Shown here: in pieces, positions 20,908-31,113 of the stretch | Layout: every line of letters starts with the position of its first letter | Position numbering within the stretch: the first letter of the stretch is position 1 | NCBI GenBank assembly: GCA_947451475.1 | Contig: CANFZC010000003.1 | Coordinates: forward strand, 11,169 to 75,168 | Direction: 5' to 3' | Length of the DNA: 64,000 bases | From: Flavobacteriaceae bacterium | Lineage (GTDB): Bacteria; Bacteroidota; Bacteroidia; Flavobacteriales; Flavobacteriaceae | Notes under the pieces: generated by a model | What the model was told of the DNA's origin: nothing | Database searches by the model: none | Seen by the model: the letters and a program-made list of their open reading frames with translations, nothing else | Made by a program: the position numbers and the translations under genes

Positions 20908-22031
20908 TTAGAGTACTCAATATCATAGAAACCATAAGCTCTGGAGGCGTAGAAAGACGAAGATTGTCTATGGCAAAGCTGTTGGATAAAACAAAATTTG
21001 AATTAAAAATTATCTGTACCAATATCTACGGTGATTTTGCTGATGAAATTAGAAAGGAAGGGGTTGAAGTAATTGAAATCGGACCTTTGAAATCTTTTAT
21101 GGATACTAAGCAACATCAAAAGGTAATGAAAGTGATCGAAGAATATAAACCGCAGATTATTCACGGTGCCATTTTTGAAGGAGTAACTATGGCTTCCATA
21201 AACGGTTTTCTTAAACACGTTCCCATCATTATAGTAGAGGAAACTTCTGACCCACAAACGCGCTCATGGAAAGGGAATCTATTAATGAAATTACTAACCC
21301 TGCCTGCCAAAAAAGTAATAGGCGTTTCACCGGCCGCAACACACTATTTGACGCAAACCTTGAAGATTAATAAAGAGAAGGTGCAACTGATTACCAATGG
21401 AATCGCTTTACCAAGGATCGTAGGTGCAGAAGAAACAGCCTTGCTGAAAAACGAACTCAATATCGCACCACATGAAATCGTAATTGGTTCTGTCGGCAGA
21501 ATGACGGATGATAAAAACAAACGGTTTTCTGATTTAATAAAGGCGTTCGCTCAATTGATTAAGAATCATATTCCAGCAAAACTCGTCTTGGTTGGCGATG
21601 GAGTTGAAAAAGTAAAATACATACAGCAAGCCACAGCACTAAACATTCAAGAGCATATTGTTTTTGCAGGATATCAAAAAGATACTGCGTTGTACTATAG
21701 TATTTTTGATATTTTTACTTTGGTCTCGTCACACGAATCTTTCGGATTAGTATTAGCCGAAGCTATGTTTCATAAATTACCTATATTAGCAACCCGTGTG
21801 GGAGGCATGAAATACATTGTTGATGAGAATGAAACAGGCTTCTTAGTAGAAAAATACGAAGTAGAACAAATAGCAGCAAAACTAGAAATACTTTGCAATA
21901 ATAAAGAGTTGAGAACCCAATTTGGAGAAAAAGGATATCAAAAAGCAAAAGAAAATTACACAGAAGAACGTTATGTTAGTAATGTACAATCCCTTTATTT
22001 ACAACTTGCAGAACGCTATTTAGTACGATAA
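20904..22031 (+). CDS. Glycosyltransferase family 4
   Basis: GGVERR, VGRM..KNKR, SSHESFGLVLAEAM. Confidence 0.92.
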   Translation: MIRVLNIIETISSGGVERRRLSMAKLLDKTKFELKIICTNIYGDFADEIRKEGVEVIEIGPLKSFMDTKQHQKVMKVIEEYKPQIIHGAIFEGVTMASINGFLKHVPIIIVEETSDPQTRSWKGNLLMKLLTLPAKKVIGVSPAATHYLTQTLKINKEKVQLITNGIALPRIVGAEETALLKNELNIAPHEIVIGSVGRMTDDKNKRFSDLIKAFAQLIKNHIPAKLVLVGDGVEKVKYIQQATALNIQEHIVFAGYQKDTALYYSIFDIFTLVSSHESFGLVLAEAMFHKLPILATRVGGMKYIVDENETGFLVEKYEVEQIAAKLEILCNNKELRTQFGEKGYQKAKENYTEERYVSNVQSLYLQLAERYLVR

Positions 22032-22063
22032 CAAAACATTAAATATAGTAAACCACAACACAA

Positions 22064-22747
22064 ATGAAAAAAAAGATAGATTACATTCTTAGAAAATTCT
22101 TTCTACACAAAAACGAAGAACTTCCAGCATTTCTAATACAAAAGCTATACCACCAAGGTAGCTATTTACCCTATACTACTTCCTCATTAAAATTTCGTTT
22201 TTTAGCCTGCTTGGTAAATGATATTGTAGTCAACGGAAGAACGTCTGTGTTAGAATTCGGTTCAGGGATTTCGACGATTATAGTAGCTCGTTTGATAAAA
22301 ATGAACAATTTGAATTGTACCATAACTACCGTAGATGAAAGCGCCGAATGGCAAGAAATCATCAAAAAAATACTAAAAGAAGAGAACCTGTCAGACTATG
22401 TGAATTTTGTATGTGCACCTACGGTAAAAAGTACTGATTTAGAGCTGTCTTATGAATACAACGGAGAAGTCGTTTTTGCGGCAAATGGAGACAAGAAATT
22501 CGATTTAGTTTTGGTAGATGGTCCATCAGCTTGGCAAAAAACCAACATCATGAGTAGAGCATCCAACCTAAAATTCATGAAAAACAATATGGCAGACAAG
22601 TATACCATTTTTGTGGACAATTCAGATAGACCGGGTGAGACAGAATTAGCAAAACGCATTCAAGCCGAACTTAAAGTAAGACCTATTTATCTTGATCCAA
22701 CCTTTATGACCTTCTCTAAAGGGCAACATTTCAATTACGTTATCTAG
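22064..22747 (+). CDS. Class I SAM-dependent methyltransferase
   Basis: VLEFGSGIST motif I, FDLVLVDGP, IFVDNSDR. Confidence 0.8.
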   Translation: MKKKIDYILRKFFLHKNEELPAFLIQKLYHQGSYLPYTTSSLKFRFLACLVNDIVVNGRTSVLEFGSGISTIIVARLIKMNNLNCTITTVDESAEWQEIIKKILKEENLSDYVNFVCAPTVKSTDLELSYEYNGEVVFAANGDKKFDLVLVDGPSAWQKTNIMSRASNLKFMKNNMADKYTIFVDNSDRPGETELAKRIQAELKVRPIYLDPTFMTFSKGQHFNYVI

Positions 22748-22755
22748 TTTTTAGC

Positions 22756-23865
22756 ATGAGTGATAAAATATACCTTCCGGGATTAAACGGAATCAGGGCT
22801 ATTGCAGCTTTATCAGTTGCCTTCAGCCACATCAACAATAGGTTAGATTACTACAATTTACCCAAAAGTGAATTGCTGGATTTGGCTAATTTTGGAGTGA
22901 CTATATTTTTCACCTTAAGTGGGTTTTTAATTACCTACTTATTATTAAAAGAGATTGAAAAAACCGGTAGCATAGACGTCAAGAAATTCTATATGCGTCG
23001 AGTGCTTCGTATATGGCCGCTCTACTATCTTTACTTGTTTATTGTAATCTGTATCACCGGTATTGAAAACGTACAATGGCCCATACTGTTCTATTTATTT
23101 ATTTTACCCAACTTTAAGAACTCCTTCAATGGTGTGATTGCTACCATTGTGGGAAGCCGCACCTTAGTTTTTATGGTAGGCCATTATTGGTCCTTAGGCG
23201 TGGAAGAACAATTCTATGCATTTTGGCCGTGGATAGTGAAGAAATCAAAGTTGTTCTATAAATTCTTAATTTATTTTCCAATTGCCTATGTAGTGTTAAA
23301 AGTAGCGCTTAAGTTAGGCCATGCGCCTAATGGATTGCTTACATTTTTCCATTATACGCGATTTGGCTGTTTGACCATAGGGGCTTTAGGAGCCTATTTG
23401 TATTATAATAACAGCCCAAAAGTGCAATGGGTCATCAGTAAGGCATGGTTAGAAGTTTTGGCTTGGATTATGTTGCTAATTATTGGATTTAATAAATTTC
23501 ATTTAGCGTCGGTGATTGATCACGAAATCATATCAGTGGTAACACTAATTATTATCTTTAATCAAATCGGTAACCCAAAACGACTAATTTCCCTTGAAAA
23601 TAAACTGTTTGATTATTTGGGTAAAATTTCCTTCGGACTCTATGTCTACAATCCTTTAGTTATTTATGGAATGTCTTTTTTGGTCAATCAATTCGTAATC
23701 GAAAACCAAATTCTGAAGCAAGTGTTGATTTATACAGCGGTAGTGCCTGCTATAGTCCTAGTGGCACATATCTCCTATAATTATTACGAGAAACGCTTCT
23801 TGAAATTGAAGTTTAATTACACGACGGTGCATAGTGCTGCTAGTAAATCAGAATCGCAAAGCTAA
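22756..23865 (+). CDS. Acyltransferase-3 (OafA-like) O-acyltransferase
   Basis: LNGIRAIA, FFTLSGFLIT, FYMRRVLRIWPLYY, WSLGVEEQFY, ISFGLYV, YEKRF. Confidence 0.93.
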   Translation: MSDKIYLPGLNGIRAIAALSVAFSHINNRLDYYNLPKSELLDLANFGVTIFFTLSGFLITYLLLKEIEKTGSIDVKKFYMRRVLRIWPLYYLYLFIVICITGIENVQWPILFYLFILPNFKNSFNGVIATIVGSRTLVFMVGHYWSLGVEEQFYAFWPWIVKKSKLFYKFLIYFPIAYVVLKVALKLGHAPNGLLTFFHYTRFGCLTIGALGAYLYYNNSPKVQWVISKAWLEVLAWIMLLIIGFNKFHLASVIDHEIISVVTLIIIFNQIGNPKRLISLENKLFDYLGKISFGLYVYNPLVIYGMSFLVNQFVIENQILKQVLIYTAVVPAIVLVAHISYNYYEKRFLKLKFNYTTVHSAASKSESQS

Positions 23866-25070
23866 TGAAAAAGGTGCTTTTTATTACCTGGGATGGCCCT
23901 CAAACCAGTTATATGGAAGGCTTGTTTATGCCCATTTTAAGCGAAGTACAAAGTAAAGCGCCCTATGCCATTCACGTCATTCAATTTACATGGGGCACAC
24001 AGGAACGAATCGCAGTTACCCATAAAAAAGCAACAGAATTAAATATAAAATACACTGCCCATCCTATTTCTAGAAAACCAGTGGCTGTACTTGGAAGCTT
24101 AATGACCTTGTATAAAGGCGTCAAGTTTTTAAGGAGGTACATCAAGGAAAACAATATTGATATCGTTATGCCACGAAGCACTATGCCTGCCATAATGGTA
24201 AACCAACTAAAAGATAAAAAGTTCAAGCTTCTTTTTGACGCCGACGGATTACCACTAGAAGAACGCGTTGATTTTTCAGGCTTATCGCGCCAAAGTAAGC
24301 AATACCAATGGCTGAAAAAAGCAGAAACTAAAATACTACTCCAAGCCGATGGGGTAATCACACGCTCTCAAAAGGCCATCGACATCCATCTAAAAACAAT
24401 AAATAATCAACAGCCAAAAAAATTTACGGTGGTCTTAAATGGGAGGGATACTCGTTTTTTCAAACCAGAAGCAGCAATTAGAAAACAAGTGCGTGCAGAA
24501 CTAAATATTTCAGAGGAAGCGACGGTATTTGTATACTGCGGTTCTCTTGGGCCACAATATGGTTGGTCGGAAATGATTGAAATCTTTGAAAAATACCAGC
24601 AAAAATACACAACCGCTCGTTTCTTAATCCTTACCGGAAATACAGAATTCGCATTAAGTCGTATTCCGAGCAATTTAGCCAGTACTATTATCGTTAAAAA
24701 AGTTCCCTTTGAACAAGTGCCAAAATACCTTAACGTTGCTGATGTGGCATTTGCACTGCGCGAACCCAAATTCAGTATGCAAGGAGTAGCTCCAATCAAA
24801 TTAGGAGAATACCTTTTAATGGGTATACCTACAATCGCTTCCGCGGGAATCGGTGATTCCGAAGCCATTTTGAGTCAAGTGCCGAATGCTTTTCTATTTC
24901 ATCATGAGAACACTCAGGCCGCTAATGATGCCCTTCAATTCGTGGAAAATTTATCCCAAGTGAACCATCAAGGAATTAGAGCCTGTGGCTTGGACTTTTT
25001 CTCGATAGAAAAAAGTGCCGAAGCCTATATTCAATCTTTCAATAAATTATCTAATCTTTGCAATAACTAA
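23865..25070 (+). CDS. Glycosyltransferase family 4-like
   Basis: VYCGSLGPQY, PIKLGEYLLMGIP; GT-B layout. Confidence 0.8.
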   Translation: MKKVLFITWDGPQTSYMEGLFMPILSEVQSKAPYAIHVIQFTWGTQERIAVTHKKATELNIKYTAHPISRKPVAVLGSLMTLYKGVKFLRRYIKENNIDIVMPRSTMPAIMVNQLKDKKFKLLFDADGLPLEERVDFSGLSRQSKQYQWLKKAETKILLQADGVITRSQKAIDIHLKTINNQQPKKFTVVLNGRDTRFFKPEAAIRKQVRAELNISEEATVFVYCGSLGPQYGWSEMIEIFEKYQQKYTTARFLILTGNTEFALSRIPSNLASTIIVKKVPFEQVPKYLNVADVAFALREPKFSMQGVAPIKLGEYLLMGIPTIASAGIGDSEAILSQVPNAFLFHHENTQAANDALQFVENLSQVNHQGIRACGLDFFSIEKSAEAYIQSFNKLSNLCNN

Positions 25071-25099
25071 AGTTATGGTCTAAAAACCAGTAAAAAGTC

Positions 25100-26233
25100 A
25101 TGAAAAATAAGGTGTTAATAACAGGAGGTGCCGGATTCATAGGTTCCAATTTAGCGATAAAATTAATTAATTTAGGATATTCAGTAACAGTTTTGGATAA
25201 CCTCTCAGAACAAATTCATGGTGATCCTGAAACCTCCAGTTTATATCAATCCATAAAAGATAAAGTTACCTTTATTCAGGGAGATGTACGAGTGAAAGCA
25301 GATTGGTATAAAGCATTACACGATCAAAATATAGTAGTGCACTTGGCAGCCGAAACGGGTACCGGGCAATCCATGTACGAAGTACAAAAATATGTCGATG
25401 TCAATATAAATGGGACGGCTTTGTTTTTGGATTATTTAGTCAATGAAACACACGAAGTTCAAAAAGTCATCATTGCCTCCTCAAGAGCAATTTATGGTGA
25501 AGGGAAATACCGCTGCGCAACCCATGGGGATGTATATCCTACCGAAAGACTGGAAAGTGATTTGTTGCTAGCCGATTTTGAACCTAAATGTCCAACTTGC
25601 CAACAAACGGTGAGTATTCAAGCTACCGACGAAAATTCCAAAATACACCCGTCCTCCGTATATGGTATTACCAAGCAAAATCAAGAACAAATGGTTTTAA
25701 ATGTGTGTAAGTCTATAGGAGTGCCTGCAGTGGCCTATCGTTACCAAAATGTATATGGACCCGGTCAGTCATTAAAAAATCCTTACACAGGGATACTTTC
25801 TATTTTTTCTACCCAAATCCGAAACGGCAACAATATTAATATTTTTGAAGACGGAAAAGAAAGCCGTGACTTTGTCTATATAGATGATGTAGTAGAGGCC
25901 ACCGTACTCGGAATTCAAAAGGACGCTGCAAATTACGAAGTATTTAATGTAGGCTCAGGAGTAGCGACCACGGTAATGCAAGTGGCACAAACTTTAAAAG
26001 ACTTTTATAAGGCTTCTATCGAAATCAATATTTCAGGAAACTTTAGACTAGGGGATATTCGTCACAATTATGCCGATTTAAGCAAGATAAAAAGCAAACT
26101 CGGTTTTGAAGCGCAGTTTTCTTTTGAAAATGGAGTGAAACAATTTGTAAATTGGGTGGTAGACCAACAAGTAATGGAAGACAATTATTCCAAATCGATT
26201 GAAGAAATGAAGGCTAAAGGATTATTCAAATAA
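25100..26233 (+). CDS. NAD-dependent epimerase with Cys/His insert (WbiB-like)
   Basis: TGGAGFIGS, HLAAETGTGQSMY, YGEG.YRCATHG...CPTC insert, YGITK, YQNVYGPGQSLKNPYTG. Confidence 0.8.
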   Translation: MKNKVLITGGAGFIGSNLAIKLINLGYSVTVLDNLSEQIHGDPETSSLYQSIKDKVTFIQGDVRVKADWYKALHDQNIVVHLAAETGTGQSMYEVQKYVDVNINGTALFLDYLVNETHEVQKVIIASSRAIYGEGKYRCATHGDVYPTERLESDLLLADFEPKCPTCQQTVSIQATDENSKIHPSSVYGITKQNQEQMVLNVCKSIGVPAVAYRYQNVYGPGQSLKNPYTGILSIFSTQIRNGNNINIFEDGKESRDFVYIDDVVEATVLGIQKDAANYEVFNVGSGVATTVMQVAQTLKDFYKASIEINISGNFRLGDIRHNYADLSKIKSKLGFEAQFSFENGVKQFVNWVVDQQVMEDNYSKSIEEMKAKGLFK

Positions 26234-26234
26234 T

Positions 26235-27464
26235 ATGCGCTTCGTTTTCTTTTCTATGAACGACTTTAGTCATGAGGGTGGCGGTACCATCCGCATGCAA
26301 GGCATAATGAATGAATTGGCCAAAAAAAACCATCAGGTTGTTTTTATTTCCAATACCACAAAGTTCCATTTGTTTGAATCCAATATTCAGCAAGTTGCCC
26401 TAAACGTTCCTTTTTCAAGAAAACAAAAAAGAATATTCCAAGGTTTATTAGGAATCATACCTGTATTTTTAATTAAAATGCTTTACGCATCAGTATTCAA
26501 GAAAATTAACAACACCCTCAAAGGGGAGTTTGATAATGAAACAGTCTACTTTTGTGAATACCTAGATAACTCTATAGGACACTGTTTAAAGTCGTTTGGA
26601 ATGATCAAAGAGTATATAAACGATTTGCACGGAGTGGCAACCTTAGAGTTCAAGTTTCAGGCCCAACACGCCACTTCAGTAAAAGATAAAATAAAGTTCT
26701 ATACAAAATACAAAGTGTCAGATTGGTTGGATAGCAAAGTATGCAATGCTGCCCACGGTTTAATTTTTGCGAGTAAAGCCATGGAAGCCTATTTCATAGC
26801 GCAATACCCCAAGGTGAAAGATAAACACAATTATATACTACCCTATGTGCTAAGTTCAGGTGCAATAACTGATAAAGTAGATGCCGAATTAAAGCAGCAA
26901 TTAATCCAAAAATACAATCGTAGACCCGAAGAGAAAATCATTTTCTTCGCGGGCGCATTCAAAAAAACAGGAGGGGTGCCTGATTTGATTGCAGCCTTTA
27001 ATGGCATAGTGAATAACTATGATGCCCGACTTTTAATCGTTGGAGATGGGCCCACCATGAATGAGTGTCTAGCTATGGTCAAAGAAAATAAACTAGAAGA
27101 TAAAGTCATTTTCTTGGGACGGATTCCCTACCATCACTTAAGAACCTATCAAGATTTAGCGGATGTAATTGTTTGTCCCGATAAACAAAATGTCTACTCA
27201 GAACTCATCGTTCACGTGAAATACTTAGATTCACTGATGTCTGGTAGAGTAGTGATTAACGGTAGTTTTAAAAGCGTACAAGAAATCAATCCTAATGAAA
27301 TGCTTTCGGTAAATTTTAAACCTTCAGACGTCGCCTCCTTAACGCAAGCCACTATCTATTCTCTAGACCATTATGAAGAGCTTTTAGTGCGTTACAAGAG
27401 CAATGTTACTTATGTTTCTGAACATTTAACCTATGCCTCGCAAGTGGATGTTTTAGTAAAATGA
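26235..27464 (+). CDS. Glycosyltransferase family 4-like
   Basis: GGGTIR, DLHG, FAGAF..TGG, IVGDGP, GRIPY; atypical KYLDSL in place of the usual EX7E. Confidence 0.8.
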   Translation: MRFVFFSMNDFSHEGGGTIRMQGIMNELAKKNHQVVFISNTTKFHLFESNIQQVALNVPFSRKQKRIFQGLLGIIPVFLIKMLYASVFKKINNTLKGEFDNETVYFCEYLDNSIGHCLKSFGMIKEYINDLHGVATLEFKFQAQHATSVKDKIKFYTKYKVSDWLDSKVCNAAHGLIFASKAMEAYFIAQYPKVKDKHNYILPYVLSSGAITDKVDAELKQQLIQKYNRRPEEKIIFFAGAFKKTGGVPDLIAAFNGIVNNYDARLLIVGDGPTMNECLAMVKENKLEDKVIFLGRIPYHHLRTYQDLADVIVCPDKQNVYSELIVHVKYLDSLMSGRVVINGSFKSVQEINPNEMLSVNFKPSDVASLTQATIYSLDHYEELLVRYKSNVTYVSEHLTYASQVDVLVK

Positions 27465-27559
27465 ATTTAATTTTCACGTAAAATAATACCAGTTTAAGTA
27501 GCGTTCTTTTTTAATTAGCCACCATCTGCGATATTAAGGTGGGAATAAATAAAAAATGC

Positions 27560-27567
27560 TATTTTTG
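27560..27567 (+). promoter_or_regulatory. Internal -7 promoter box in the 149-bp gap
   Basis: TATTTTTG 46 bp before ATG 27614, in the largest gap of the locus. Confidence 0.5.
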
Positions 27568-27613
27568 TGGCAACAGTAAAGCTTCTTGAATTAGGAGGCT
27601 CGTAATGTAACGT

Positions 27614-28789
27614 ATGGATATAATAGTAGTTTTTTTAAGTGTAGCCTTGGGGTTCTTATTTATTCAGTCATTCAAGAATAAATTAGAAGCCAACCATTTA
27701 ACTACGTTAAGGAAATTGTTTTTATACCATATCTTTTTCGGTTTATACAATTACTTTTATCTTGGAAGTGATCCCATTCGATACTGGGCCTTAGCCAAAA
27801 ACATCAGTTTTCAGGAATTTGTGTCCTATTGTACAGAAAAATCAGGAACCTATTTCATGTTAGCCATAGATTATTATCCTTCCCAAATCTTAGGCTTGTC
27901 CTATTTTACTGGGACTATGATGTATACGACTATAGGATTTATTGCCATTGCTTATTTTTATATAGTAGCCTTAGAACTAGTACCTTACAATTCTAAATTC
28001 AGAGGCTATGATCTTTTTCCCCTCTTGTTTTTCTTACCCAATTTGCATCTTTGGAGTTGCACAGCCGGTAAAGACACCATCTCTTTCTTTTGTGGAGCTA
28101 TTTTTTGTTATGGTGTTTTAAAACCCTACAGCAGGATCTTTTTCATAATAGCTGCAATTGCATTTTCTTATGCCGTTCGACCCCATGTCGCATTATTTTT
28201 AGTGATTGGCTACGGAATGGGATTTGCGCTGAGCTCTAAAGTAACTGTTTTCCAACGGGTTATATTTGCTATTGTTTTTATTGCAGCAGCCTTTGTCATA
28301 TTGCCTTCAGTAATGGAGTATGCCAAAATTGAAGAAACCTCTCTAGAATCGTTCAATGAGTTCTCAAGCGAGAAAGCAGGTTTATTAAGTAGGTCAACGG
28401 TAGGCTCTCGTATTGATATTTCTTCCTATCCATTACCCTTAAAGTTATTTACATTCCTTTACCGCCCTTTGTTTTTTGACATCAATGGGGTACCTGCATT
28501 AGCGGCTTCTATTGAAAATTTATTTTTATTAGTATTAACAATACGAGTTTTTAAAAATAAGCCTATTGAGACATTTAGAAAAGCTCCAGTAGCGATAAAG
28601 GGTATGATATTGTATTTAATAATAGGAACCTTTGCCTTTTCACAAACCTTAGGAAATTTGGGGATTATTATTAGAATGAGAAATATGTTTCTTCCTGGAT
28701 TATTAATTTTCTTCCTCTGGTCTTTTTCCTATGCGAAAGGAAAACGAATGAAAAATTCCAACAACACTAAACCTGTTCTTCCAACATGA
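27614..28789 (+). CDS. Wzy-like / GT-C polytopic membrane protein (copy 1)
   Basis: About 10 TM; PNLHLW..TAGKD, VRPH, FLYRPLFFD, N.G...RMR; paralogue of 31114..32190. Confidence 0.55.
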   Translation: MDIIVVFLSVALGFLFIQSFKNKLEANHLTTLRKLFLYHIFFGLYNYFYLGSDPIRYWALAKNISFQEFVSYCTEKSGTYFMLAIDYYPSQILGLSYFTGTMMYTTIGFIAIAYFYIVALELVPYNSKFRGYDLFPLLFFLPNLHLWSCTAGKDTISFFCGAIFCYGVLKPYSRIFFIIAAIAFSYAVRPHVALFLVIGYGMGFALSSKVTVFQRVIFAIVFIAAAFVILPSVMEYAKIEETSLESFNEFSSEKAGLLSRSTVGSRIDISSYPLPLKLFTFLYRPLFFDINGVPALAASIENLFLLVLTIRVFKNKPIETFRKAPVAIKGMILYLIIGTFAFSQTLGNLGIIIRMRNMFLPGLLIFFLWSFSYAKGKRMKNSNNTKPVLPT

Positions 28790-30198
28790 TATTCAATTCA
28801 GAAGCATTTGCAGTTTTTTTTCCTATAGTGTTTTTATTGTATTGGTTTGCCACCAATAAAAATCTCAATCTTCAAAACTTTTTATTGCTAGTTGCTAGTT
28901 ATGTTTTTTATGGCTGGTGGGATTGGCGCTTTTTATTCCTGCTTGTTTTTTCGACTTCTTTAGATTATTACACGGGCTTGAAAATGTTTAATGCCCAAAG
29001 CAAAAAAGGGAAAACCTTCTGGTTTTGGTTAAGTATAATAATAAATCTTGGGTTCTTAGGGGTTTTTAAATACTATAATTTCTTCGCTGCTTCCGTAACT
29101 GATTCCTTGAATGCGATAGGGTGGCATGTAAATCCAACAACGCTAGCAGTCATTCTACCAGTAGGCATCTCATTTTATACCTTCCACGGTTTGTCCTATG
29201 TAATTGATATTTACAAAGACCGAATCGAGCCCGAAACCAATGTGGTGACCTATTCCTTATTTGTAAGCTTCTTTCCCCTTCTGGTAGCTGGTCCAATAGA
29301 ACGAGCAACCCATTTATTGCCTCAAATAAAAAAGAAACGTTTCTTCGAAGACTCCATGTTTAGAGAAGGGATACTGCAAATCGCAGTAGGTTTTTTTAGA
29401 AAAATGGTCATCGCCGATAATTTAGCCGTGTATGTTGATAGCGTATATGGGAACGCTGCCATTCACAATTCAAGTTCCTTACTGATCGCTTCGGTCTTCT
29501 ATGCTTTTCAAATCTATTTTGATTTTTCGGGCTATTCCGATATTGCAATTGGAACGGCCAAACTATTTGGGTTCTCCCTCAAAGAGAATTTCAACCTACC
29601 TTATTTTTCTAAATCACTAACAGAGTTTTGGAGACGCTGGCACATGTCTCTTTCTTTTTGGTTAAGGGATTATTTATACATTTCATTAGGGGGAAACAGA
29701 AAAGGAATTAAGATTACCTACCGCAACTTGATGATCACCATGTTATTGGGCGGTTTATGGCACGGCGCCTCGTGGAATTTTGTGATTTGGGGCGGTATTC
29801 ACGGACTAGTATTAAGTATTGAAAAATTTACCTTCCAAAAATTAAAGATTACTGATTTTGGCTTTTTGGGCGGAATAGTAACCTTTGCAATTGTCGTGCT
29901 AGCCTGGGTGTTTTTTAGATCCCCAAATATTCACACCTCCCTCTACATAGTATCTAAATTCTTTACCCTAGATTATGGCACGCCTTTCATTGGCGATATA
30001 AATATTTTATCCAATACCTTAGCCATGTTGGTAATCGGAATCACCTTTGATACTTATTTATTCCGCTCCAATATTGTCATCGAAAAGTACGGGAGCCAAA
30101 TCAAAACGACAGGCTTAATTGCCTTAATATCACTTTTTGTAATGTGTGTGGTCTTATTCTTTTCAAATACTACTAATTTTATTTATTTCCAATTTTAA
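28786..30198 (+). CDS. MBOAT O-acyltransferase (AlgI/DltB/PatA-like)
   Basis: LPVGISFYTF, GPIERA, DFSGYSDIAIG, FWRRWHMSLS, GLWHGASWNF. Confidence 0.95.
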   Translation: MIFNSEAFAVFFPIVFLLYWFATNKNLNLQNFLLLVASYVFYGWWDWRFLFLLVFSTSLDYYTGLKMFNAQSKKGKTFWFWLSIIINLGFLGVFKYYNFFAASVTDSLNAIGWHVNPTTLAVILPVGISFYTFHGLSYVIDIYKDRIEPETNVVTYSLFVSFFPLLVAGPIERATHLLPQIKKKRFFEDSMFREGILQIAVGFFRKMVIADNLAVYVDSVYGNAAIHNSSSLLIASVFYAFQIYFDFSGYSDIAIGTAKLFGFSLKENFNLPYFSKSLTEFWRRWHMSLSFWLRDYLYISLGGNRKGIKITYRNLMITMLLGGLWHGASWNFVIWGGIHGLVLSIEKFTFQKLKITDFGFLGGIVTFAIVVLAWVFFRSPNIHTSLYIVSKFFTLDYGTPFIGDINILSNTLAMLVIGITFDTYLFRSNIVIEKYGSQIKTTGLIALISLFVMCVVLFFSNTTNFIYFQF

Positions 30199-31112
30199 TG
30201 AAGTCGCTTAAATTAGCCATAGGTATTATCCTCATCTTGTTTTTACTAGATAAAGTTGTTTTTTTCGGCTTACTTTCAGTAGAGAAATCGGTAATGTGTG
30301 GAGAAGGGGTCGGGAAACTAAATCAGTTTGAATTGGTAAAGGATACGACGCAATATATCGTTTTTGGAAATTCTAGAGCCAATCACCATATCAACCCTGA
30401 AGTATTCGGAAAATCAGCCTATAATATTGGGGTAGGAGGGAGAAAAATGGCGTTTAGTGCAACCTTAATTCAAACATTACCCAAGAAAAAGAAACAATAT
30501 GTGCTATTGCAAATAGACCCCCCTTACGTTTTTGATACCACCTATATTGGAAGTGATATAGACGCCCTCTATGTAAAATACCATCAAAATAAAGTCGTTA
30601 AAGCAAAGATTGACGAAATTCACCGCCAAAATCCATTTTCAGTCTTCTTTTGGTCGTTGGATTATAACGGCCTGGTTTTTTCCATTTTATCCAATAAGTT
30701 CAAACCTAAGTATGATTATAAAAAGTATAAAGGCTATGACCCTATCGAAAATACCAAAGCCGAAAAAGCGATGTTCATCAAGCGCCTAAAAGATTTGCCC
30801 TATAAAGAATGTAACACTACACCATCTGCATTGGAACGAATGTATTTAAAACAAATCAAAGAATTTTGTGCGCTGAATAATAAAGTGTTAATTCTTTTTA
30901 CTTCGCCAGTATATAAAGACAATTGTAAAAAGGATAATGAGGCAATGGAAAAATTGATGAAAGAATACAACCTAAAATACTACGATTTCACCGATTACTT
31001 TCAGCAAGATAATAACATCGATTACTGGAAAGACGAAAACCATTTGTCTAAAACAGGAGCCGATAAATTTTCATTGGTTTTAGCAAATGCCCTTAAGAAT
31101 GATTTGAAATAG
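30198..31112 (+). CDS. SGNH-hydrolase-like partner of the MBOAT
   Basis: N-terminal TM anchor, FGNSRA (catalytic Ser block), WKDENHL (DxxH). Confidence 0.75.
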   Translation: MKSLKLAIGIILILFLLDKVVFFGLLSVEKSVMCGEGVGKLNQFELVKDTTQYIVFGNSRANHHINPEVFGKSAYNIGVGGRKMAFSATLIQTLPKKKKQYVLLQIDPPYVFDTTYIGSDIDALYVKYHQNKVVKAKIDEIHRQNPFSVFFWSLDYNGLVFSILSNKFKPKYDYKKYKGYDPIENTKAEKAMFIKRLKDLPYKECNTTPSALERMYLKQIKEFCALNNKVLILFTSPVYKDNCKKDNEAMEKLMKEYNLKYYDFTDYFQQDNNIDYWKDENHLSKTGADKFSLVLANALKNDLK

Positions 31113-31113
31113 A

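Noticed and set aside
27519-27543. CCACC/GGTGG hairpin in the gap before the first Wzy-like gene
   Set aside because: Only a 5-bp stem with a long loop and no U tract; too weak to call.
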